DNA of 32,000 nt from assembly GCA_052389415.1 (NCBI GenBank), contig JBQTHX010000014.1, positions 61,363-93,362 on the forward strand. Reading direction: 5' to 3'. The stretch comes from Nitrosopumilaceae archaeon. GTDB taxonomy: Archaea > Thermoproteota > Nitrososphaeria > Nitrososphaerales > Nitrosopumilaceae. Positions within the stretch are counted from its first letter, which is position 1. Each line of letters begins with the position of its first letter. A program made the translations under genes and the position numbers. The notes beneath the pieces were generated by a model. It saw only the letters and a list, made by a program, of their open reading frames with translations. It made no database searches and was not told the DNA's origin. Shown here piece after piece: positions 25,942 to 32,000 of this stretch.

Positions 25942-26706
25942 TCATGTAAGAAATTCTTCTGCTCCCAGTCCTTCTGGCGTAATTTTTATCCATCTGTTTC
26001 TTCCTATTTGTTCAATCTCTACAAACTTCCAATCAAGCAAGAGAGGCTGGATTATGTTTTTATCAAGACTAGCAAATCTCGCTTGCTGGAAATTCTCTTC
26101 TCTTGCATTTACTATTAGGAGTCCATTTTCATAAGCGAGCTCTGCCATCTCTTTTTTAGTTATCTTGCCGCCATGTTCTTTAATTATTTTTAGTGCTTGA
26201 ACAAGCACAGACTTTGGAGTATGAATTTCGTATGCAGGTAGCTGAACAAGTGTTTTTAGACCAGAAGATAATTGTGCACCTTTAACAGTTGCATAGCTTT
26301 CAGGCTCTGCATAGTACGGTGTTAGTTTGTTTTTTCCTTTAAACATCATACAGGCCATCATGCATGCAATTGCCTGAATTTTTGATCCTGAAGAAACGTT
26401 TACAAAAATGTCGTTCTCCTTTTCTTTTTGTACTATCTCTTTGACTGATTTTAAGATCTTAAACGGATCAAACCTGTCTGAATAGATTATCTGAACATCG
26501 ATCTTTTCTTTTTTTAATTCTGTCCTGATCTTTTCCATGTACCCAAGAGCCTTGTCCTTTGAAGGGTCGTCATGCATCAAGAGCCAGACCTTGTCTGCCT
26601 TCAACTTCTTGGCAGAAAGTACAATCCTGTCTATCTCAAAGCCCACAGGAGCAATGTGTACACGCAGATTTGCCAGACTAGTCATCATGGTATGTATAGT
26701 TTGCAT
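25942..26706 (-). CDS. CARF/Csa3-like Rossmann domain fused to a C-terminal wHTH (HFX_2341-like putative regulator)
   Basis: N-terminal VHIAPVGFEIDRIV...ADKVWLLMH...IFVNVSSGSKIQAIACMMA follows the Csa3/CARF-like Rossmann pattern, as I recall it. The C-terminal ITKKEMAELAYENGLL...ARFASLDKNIIQPL looks like a wHTH. Confidence 0.5.
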   Translation of the reverse strand: MQTIHTMMTSLANLRVHIAPVGFEIDRIVLSAKKLKADKVWLLMHDDPSKDKALGYMEKIRTELKKEKIDVQIIYSDRFDPFKILKSVKEIVQKEKENDIFVNVSSGSKIQAIACMMACMMFKGKNKLTPYYAEPESYATVKGAQLSSGLKTLVQLPAYEIHTPKSVLVQALKIIKEHGGKITKKEMAELAYENGLLIVNAREENFQQARFASLDKNIIQPLLLDWKFVEIEQIGRNRWIKITPEGLGAEEFLT

Positions 26707-26845
26707 ACTAATCTCATGATATATAATAATTCTCTGATTCTATACTAAAACATGAAAGCGGTTTGCAAGTTGGAAAAGGAAATAGAGATTCATGTATTTC
26801 CTGCAGTCAAATCAATCTTTGAACTAAAAGAATAATTTGAAAATT

Positions 26846-28042
26846 CTATTCTGTGATCTTGTATACTGATTTTGTTGATGGCGAAAGAGGAAGTGTGTTA
26901 TCAATTGATTTCCAGACAAAAGTTTCTACAGTATATGTATCAAGTTTATTGGGAGACCAAGACTGTGAAACACCGAGTTTTTGATCTACTGCAATTGATC
27001 CCTTCGACCACGAAAGTGCTACTACAATTCCAGTAGAGTCTGTTACTTGAACAAGATAAACAAATGGTTGTTCATAGTCTTGTCTGTTTTTGATTTCTGC
27101 TGCAACATGCAGTTGCTGTCCTACCATTGGTTTTTGTACAATCTTTCCTGAACTGTCTGTTAACATTACATTTTCAAGTGTGACTTTATTAGATGAAGGC
27201 GAATTGGATGAAAGTATAGATTCGGTTGTTATTTCCAAATTATCAGCTACTCCAAATGGTGATGGTAGAGTATGATCTACATTTTTTGCATATAGCGTAT
27301 CGTCAAAGATAGCATGTAATCTGTTTCCGCTAGATTTATCACGTGATGTAAAGGAAAGATTTGCTACAAAGATACCAGAATCTTCATCTGTTTCTGTTGC
27401 ATCGATCTTTATTCCTGCAATATCAGAATCTGATGATATCTCAACAGTAACAGTATCGCTTGATTCTGGATTTAGATTCATGTCAGGATCAATAATTTGG
27501 ATTCTTGCTGTCTCATCTGGAAGATATGATGGCTTGTCAAAACTGATTATACCTTCATTCCATCGTATCTGTGCGATTTGTGTGAGAACCACACCATCTG
27601 CAAATTCAAATGAAATTGTTATTCCATCATCTCTGTCTGCCTCTAGAAAACCGCTTGTTGGGCCAGAACCTAAAGTTCTTGGATGTGTGTCTATCTTGCC
27701 ATCTCCATCAGCGTCGTGTGAAAATCCAGTCAATGTTACTTCGCCTGTGAAAACTCCACTATTTTGTGATGTCTCTACTAATTTGTATGGTTCAAGATCG
27801 TGTCCATGTGTTGATATTTTTATGTGATATCCTTGATGATCTCCAATAGAATCTATCCCGTTTTTGTTTTCGTTCCAGCTTGGTGCATTGATCATTATCT
27901 GAATCTTGTCTGTCCAACTGTAGACCTGTTTATCAGTAGCAATCGGTGCATACGGTTTGTAATAGTTAGGTATTGGTTCTGCACTTGCTACAGAAAATAA
28001 TAATGAAAAAAGGAATAGTGATACTAGATATTTCTTGTTCAT
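26846..28042 (-). CDS. Secreted multi-domain (Ig-like/beta-sandwich) surface protein
   Basis: Signal peptide MNKKYLVSLFLFSLLFSVASA. Two internally similar modules end in SGVFTGEVTLTG and SGIFVANLSFTS, followed by a third beta domain. The ATG overlaps the upstream stop (ATGA at 28039-28042). Confidence 0.65.
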   Translation of the reverse strand: MNKKYLVSLFLFSLLFSVASAEPIPNYYKPYAPIATDKQVYSWTDKIQIMINAPSWNENKNGIDSIGDHQGYHIKISTHGHDLEPYKLVETSQNSGVFTGEVTLTGFSHDADGDGKIDTHPRTLGSGPTSGFLEADRDDGITISFEFADGVVLTQIAQIRWNEGIISFDKPSYLPDETARIQIIDPDMNLNPESSDTVTVEISSDSDIAGIKIDATETDEDSGIFVANLSFTSRDKSSGNRLHAIFDDTLYAKNVDHTLPSPFGVADNLEITTESILSSNSPSSNKVTLENVMLTDSSGKIVQKPMVGQQLHVAAEIKNRQDYEQPFVYLVQVTDSTGIVVALSWSKGSIAVDQKLGVSQSWSPNKLDTYTVETFVWKSIDNTLPLSPSTKSVYKITE

Positions 28043-28581
28043 GTTTTCATCCAGGGCTTTTGTTCAAGTAAATCAATTGATTTTATCATGTCATCAATTT
28101 TTGTAGTTATTGCAGTTACTGATCTAAACTCTTCATACATCATCTTTTCTTCTTCAGCTGAAAGAATATCTTTTTGTGCAGAATCAAAAAATTTTTCTTC
28201 TTTTGTTATGTGGTCGTCTAGGTAAATGGCATATGTTCTAAGAAATCTTGCTACTGGTTCTCTAGCATCCTGACCTTCCTTCCATCTTTGTAAATGGGTT
28301 CCTACGCTTCTTGCTATTCTTCTGCCAAATTCATGCTCTATCATAAATCCCCTGATCTCTTTTTTGAGAGAGTCATAGCTTGCAACACAGGGAAAGTAGG
28401 CATCTTCTTCTCTTGTGTAGTGTATTGCGTCTAAAAATTCTGCCATTATTATCGTGATTTGCTCAATGTCTGAAAAGGGGATCTGCTTTCCTTCATAGAG
28501 ATCCTTGTAACACTTTGTGATTATCTTTTCCAGTCGTCTTATCTGGATATGATCCTGCCTAAGAGATTCTGTCGCGCTCAT
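28039..28581 (-). CDS. Hemerythrin-like (HHE cation-binding) domain protein
   Basis: 180 aa. LRQDHIQIRRLEKII, HYTREEDAYFP, MIEHEFGRRI and LDDHITKEEKFF match the four His/Glu-bearing helices of hemerythrin-like domains. The ATG overlaps the upstream stop (ATGA at 28578-28581). Confidence 0.7.
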   Translation of the reverse strand: MSATESLRQDHIQIRRLEKIITKCYKDLYEGKQIPFSDIEQITIIMAEFLDAIHYTREEDAYFPCVASYDSLKKEIRGFMIEHEFGRRIARSVGTHLQRWKEGQDAREPVARFLRTYAIYLDDHITKEEKFFDSAQKDILSAEEEKMMYEEFRSVTAITTKIDDMIKSIDLLEQKPWMKT

Positions 28582-29414
28582 TCTACTCTGAATAGAGTTA
28601 CTTTCCTAGGATTATATTGAATTATTCCAAAGTGCGGCTTTGGTTCACCTACTCCATAGTATCCGCTAGGTCCGCCCAGCCCCAGTCTTATTAGGTAATT
28701 GCTTGATTTGTCAATCTCTATTTCCTTTTTTCCAAGTGTATAGTCTGATACTTTATCATGTTTTTCTTTAAGCTTGGGAAAAATGTTATGGACTTTATTA
28801 TTTTGCATTAAAGCAGCTTCTTCGTGCTGATGGCCACATAAAATTATGAAATTTCCAAGATGATTTTTTGCTTCATCAAACGCAGATGATGCCTTGTAGT
28901 TATATCCAGAATAGCTAAAGAACTCAAACTCTTCTTCAGAGAGTCTTTGCCATGTTCTTTGATATAACCAGATTTCATCACCATATGCATTTTTTGGTGT
29001 TATCTTTTGGGGATCTAGTGGGCCGCCGTGAACGCAGACTAGTCTATTTTTGGAATCAATGAATTGCTGCTGGCCAAACGTTTCATCCTTGTTTTGTTCG
29101 AAAAATGGAAGATCATCACTTTGTAATTCTTGATGTGCTACCAAGCTTTCAAGTGTACTCCCACTAACTTGCCTTTTGTACAAAAATGCTTCATCATGAT
29201 TTCCCATGACAGATATGATTGGATAATTTTTCTTTAGAGATTCCAGTCTTGCAAGAACTTGCCTTGGATTATTGCCTCGTTCTAAAAGATCTCCTAGATT
29301 TATTATTCTCTCAAAGCTGCCATATCTTTTTGTAAAATCATCGCTAGAGGCAATCTTTAGGATGGTTTCTAAAGCATCAATGTCTGCGTGAATATCGGAA
29401 AAAACTAGATCCAA
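28578..29414 (-). CDS. Metallophosphoesterase, PPP/ApaH-like
   Basis: SDIHADIDAL, LGDLLERGNNP, GNHDE, VHGGP and CGHQH follow the calcineurin-like phosphoesterase motif order. GDxxxRG plus GNH(D/E) resembles PPP-type phosphatases and Ap4A hydrolases. The TTG start is forced by an in-frame stop at 29430-29432. Confidence 0.75.
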   Translation of the reverse strand: MDLVFSDIHADIDALETILKIASSDDFTKRYGSFERIINLGDLLERGNNPRQVLARLESLKKNYPIISVMGNHDEAFLYKRQVSGSTLESLVAHQELQSDDLPFFEQNKDETFGQQQFIDSKNRLVCVHGGPLDPQKITPKNAYGDEIWLYQRTWQRLSEEEFEFFSYSGYNYKASSAFDEAKNHLGNFIILCGHQHEEAALMQNNKVHNIFPKLKEKHDKVSDYTLGKKEIEIDKSSNYLIRLGLGGPSGYYGVGEPKPHFGIIQYNPRKVTLFRVE

Positions 29415-29434
29415 TGTGTTTGTATGTATCTAGC

Positions 29435-30718
29435 TTAATTTCTAACTTTATGGTGTCTGTTTTTGGCATGCGAGTTTAATTTTGTTATGACGATGGCGGG
29501 TGCAACAAAGTACATGCCTGCATTGAGTAGGATTATCCCGATTCCAAATGTTATCATTTCAGCTTCAGAATCAATGTCCAGATAGTTTAGAATTGAAAGA
29601 GTTGAGATCAATGGTGTTATGGCGGCCTTTACCAATTCTTTGAAGACTGGGTTTTGCCTTTCCCAATCTGCAATTGTCGGACTAAAGGAATAGTAGAGCG
29701 AATTAAACGCAGTCATAAATGTCGAGCCTGAAGATGTCTTTAGTAGAGTATTGTCACGTAATTCTCTGAGTAGCTGAACTTGCGGTGCCAGTTCTGATCC
29801 AAATGATGCTGTAGCTATAAGACAGCCGCTTTGTGGAGCTGGTTCAGGTGTAGGAGTAGGTTCCACCGTTTCGACTGGTTTTGTAGTGTTCTCCTCTTTT
29901 GGTTCTTCGATAGGAGTAGGTTCTGGTTCAATCTCTTTTGGCTCTTCTGTTATTTGCTCTGGGGCTGTAGGCTCCGCGTTTTCTTGGTGTGGTAGTTTTC
30001 CTAGAACAGATTTAGCTCTACGAATCTCATCATCGCTATATCCTATCTGTTTTAGTTCTTTTTCAAATGTCTCCTCAGAAATCACTCCATCCCTGTAAAG
30101 CTCTATCAAAGTTTGATCAAGACGAAGACCTTCTAGTTCTGGAGGAGGTGAACCTTCAGTAACTGTAAATTTTAATGTCTTGATAAAATAAGGCTCGTCA
30201 GGTTTTGACTTTGTTGCCCATGCAAATTTTATTTCATATTCACCAGTTGGCTGGCTCTTTGTGTTACAGATATCAGAATAGCTTTGCTGTATTTTGGTAT
30301 TGACTATAATATCACAGACGCTGTGTGGTAGTCCGTCCAGATATACTGGTTTTGGATTTGTCAATGCAAAAAGTGAAAATGTTATGGTCTTGTCTGCAAA
30401 GTTTTTTCTCTGTGCATCCTCATAGGTGTAAATTGGAAAACACATCTCTGTGCCGCACGGGCCTGGAACATTGGTTCCTATAGCTGTTGCTGCAAATGGT
30501 AGATACAAGTAAAAGTCTGGATACGGGTATGGTTCGTCTGAGATATCTGCAAAGTTTGCAACTGTGATTGTAATTTTTGTTCCAGGCGGTCCGGAAGTTG
30601 GTGTCATTGTTATTTCTGGTTCTCGTAAGTGGCTAGCATCATACTTTGCCCAAGCTGAACTTAGTGGTAAGAGCAAAAGTATCAGTGTAAAAGCTAGTAG
30701 CTTTTTCAAATCTGGCAT
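29435..30718 (-). CDS. Secreted surface protein with a Pro/Glu-rich linker and a Cys-initiated C-terminal membrane-anchor module
   Basis: Signal peptide LLAFTLILLLLPLSSAWA; an Ig-like N-terminal domain (TMTPTSGPPGTKITITV); the linker EPTAPEQITEEPKEIEPEPTPIEEPKEENTTKPVETVEPTPTPEPAP. The C-terminal module starts CLIATASFGSELAPQVQLLRELRDN and ends with a hydrophobic helix and a basic tail. Confidence 0.65.
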   Translation of the reverse strand: MPDLKKLLAFTLILLLLPLSSAWAKYDASHLREPEITMTPTSGPPGTKITITVANFADISDEPYPYPDFYLYLPFAATAIGTNVPGPCGTEMCFPIYTYEDAQRKNFADKTITFSLFALTNPKPVYLDGLPHSVCDIIVNTKIQQSYSDICNTKSQPTGEYEIKFAWATKSKPDEPYFIKTLKFTVTEGSPPPELEGLRLDQTLIELYRDGVISEETFEKELKQIGYSDDEIRRAKSVLGKLPHQENAEPTAPEQITEEPKEIEPEPTPIEEPKEENTTKPVETVEPTPTPEPAPQSGCLIATASFGSELAPQVQLLRELRDNTLLKTSSGSTFMTAFNSLYYSFSPTIADWERQNPVFKELVKAAITPLISTLSILNYLDIDSEAEMITFGIGIILLNAGMYFVAPAIVITKLNSHAKNRHHKVRN

Positions 30719-30764
30719 GATCTCAGATGTATAATTATTAAAAATTGCTACTTATTACTAGTAA

Positions 30765-30784
30765 AACTAGGCAGAACTAGGCAG
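30765..30784. repeat. Perfect tandem duplication AACTAGGCAG x2
   Basis: AACTAGGCAG occurs at 30765-30774 and again at 30775-30784. It spans the stop codon of the 70-aa ORF. Confidence 0.8.
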
Positions 30785-30979
30785 TTTTAAATGATTATTT
30801 CTAATTCTCTTTAAAATCATGAATTCCCGATAATGTAAATCTCTAAAGGAATCTTCTAAAGTTTGAATTGTTTGTTCACCTAATTTTGTAGGATTTTTTG
30901 TCTCGCATTTTGGAAGATCTTTTGTAGCATAAGCCAAAACTATGGACCACTTGGAAAGATCAAAGACCTGCCTAACCAT
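30767..30979 (-). CDS. Probable 3' continuation of the 30940-31554 ORF in the -1 frame (frameshifted gene)
   Basis: Its ATG is formed by the last A of an A7 run plus TG. The upstream ORF reads through the same run in another frame and stops 37 nt later. Confidence 0.35.
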   Translation of the reverse strand: MVRQVFDLSKWSIVLAYATKDLPKCETKNPTKLGEQTIQTLEDSFRDLHYREFMILKRIRNNHLKLPSSA

Positions 30980-31554
30980 TTTTTTGCATAAATTGATTCG
31001 AACCCTTCGTCTATGAAAACTTCTCTCTCTAAATCTGACTTTTTTATACGTCCGAGTGTAGTCCTTGAATCAATTTGAATTTTGTTAGATGTTAGCGCGA
31101 TTCCAGTTAAGTCGCATCTAATTTTGATTTTAACAGGCTTATGTCCTAATTCATCAAGAAAGTTATTTACCATGTTTCTAACAGAATAAAATGCAATGAG
31201 CTTGCTTTGTAGGCATACATTAACTAATTTTTGTGTGTAATAAACCAGAGAATATTCAGGGTAATCAGAAAATTTTTCTTTTAATAATTTTTCTAAATCT
31301 TTGTAAGAATTACTTTCTTTAACTTCATGAGCAATTGGGTATCGTAATCGTTCCCAGCTATTTTTTTCTATTTGTACAGGATCCCTTGCAAAACGAAGTA
31401 ATCCATTGAAATAAGAAAATTTTCGAATGTGTAATTTGAGAAATACCTTCTTATCGGGAGAATTTTTAGATTTTATCGAGTTCGTATACCTAACTACTCG
31501 TTTTGAATAATCTAAGAGAGCTTTTTGTAGTAGGTTATTGTTTTTATTCATCAT
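30940..31554 (-). CDS. Hypothetical protein (5' part of a split gene)
   Basis: 204 aa with no recognisable motif. The start overlaps the TPR gene stop (ATGATGAATAA at 31544-31554). Confidence 0.5.
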   Translation of the reverse strand: MMNKNNNLLQKALLDYSKRVVRYTNSIKSKNSPDKKVFLKLHIRKFSYFNGLLRFARDPVQIEKNSWERLRYPIAHEVKESNSYKDLEKLLKEKFSDYPEYSLVYYTQKLVNVCLQSKLIAFYSVRNMVNNFLDELGHKPVKIKIRCDLTGIALTSNKIQIDSRTTLGRIKKSDLEREVFIDEGFESIYAKKWLGRSLIFPSGP

Positions 31555-32000
31555 GTTTCATAATTGCAAATTCTTCATTGTTTCTCACAAAGCGATATAG
31601 ATCTGGGTAACGTTTACGCACATCATTACAAGTTTCTATCGCATCATTGTATCTTACAAGAGAAATTAAAACTTGAACTTTCGTTTGAAGTACGTGTCCC
31701 AAAAATGGTCTACGTGCATTATGTTTCTCAAACAAGTCGAACATTTTATCATAACATTTTAGAGATTCTTCGAATCTTCCAACCTTTTCTAACCTCCATG
31801 CTAAATCGCCTAATATCATTAAATCATTGCCCTTGTAAACCCTCATTAATTCAAAACAAGCTTTCGCATCTTCATATCTGACCAGTTTCTTTAAGGAAGG
31901 GGATTTGTCAGATAAAGCCAAAACGTTTTTTGGATCAATTTCAAGAACTTTGTCATAATACTTTATTGCTTCACGATATTTTTTACTCTGGTAGGCTGAA
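31544..32000 (-). CDS. TPR-repeat protein, N-terminus off the window
   Basis: The reading frame stays open upstream of the track's TTG at 31921 to the window edge. That stretch reads SAYQSKKYREAIKYYDKVLEIDPKNVLALSDK, a classic TPR helix pair. Further TPR-like pairs follow (GRFEESLKCYDKMFDLF, VRYNDAIETCNDV). Confidence 0.65.
   Translation of the reverse strand, partial: SAYQSKKYREAIKYYDKVLEIDPKNVLALSDKSPSLKKLVRYEDAKACFELMRVYKGNDLMILGDLAWRLEKVGRFEESLKCYDKMFDLFEKHNARRPFLGHVLQTKVQVLISLVRYNDAIETCNDVRKRYPDLYRFVRNNEEFAIMKHDE

Noticed and set aside
26778-26802. An 8-bp hairpin, AGGAAATA-N9-TATTTCCT, read as a terminator of the surface-protein operon.
   Set aside because: Archaeal termination relies mainly on oligo-T tracts, and only a TTT follows on the minus strand. 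The evidence is not strong enough to annotate it.
1-32000. CRISPR arrays, IS elements, integrases, prophage genes and rRNA operons.
   Set aside because: I saw no regularly spaced direct repeats, no transposase, integrase or capsid-like ORFs, and no rRNA-like conserved stretches. The only exact tandem repeat is the 10-bp duplication at 30765-30784.

Overview
AT-rich archaeal chromosomal window of about 40 tightly packed genes. It most resembles an ammonia-oxidising thaumarchaeon (Nitrosopumilus-like); that placement is an inference from gene content: TFB, an ESCRT-III/CdvB homolog, a GPN-loop GTPase, AT-rich TATA-type promoters close to start codons, and several forced TTG/GTG starts. Recognisable housekeeping genes: partial endonuclease III; sat plus an Fe-S type APS reductase (cysH); SDR oxidoreductases; a UPF0104 membrane protein; homoserine kinase; a crotonase-fold hydratase; the preQ0/archaeosine genes queC, folE and queE (no queD); a PiT phosphate transporter with its DUF47/PhoU-like partner; an MFS transporter; TFB. 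I found no rRNA, canonical tRNA, CRISPR array, transposase or integrase. Worth a second look: (1) a translationally coupled minus-strand operon joining two secreted surface proteins to a PPP-type metallophosphoesterase and a hemerythrin (26846-30718); (2) an operon of a small wHTH protein, a membrane-spanning protein with a C-terminal wHTH, and a long secreted coiled-coil protein (13614-16681); (3) an orphan CARF/Csa3-like wHTH regulator with no CRISPR context (25942-26706); (4) a ThiI-like THUMP protein with a degenerate PP-loop, co-oriented with a GT-B glycosyltransferase (2853-5246); (5) three GC-rich structured intergenic elements that fit no RNA family I can recognise (5280-5346, about 20705-20906, 24946-31); (6) an ORF pair at the right edge split at an A_AAA_AAA slippery run, downstream of a TPR gene (30767-32000); (7) a TRAM protein with an RGG/RGY repeat tail and a coiled-coil protein built from exact 21-residue repeats. 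All functional calls rest on motifs read by eye; no searches were run.
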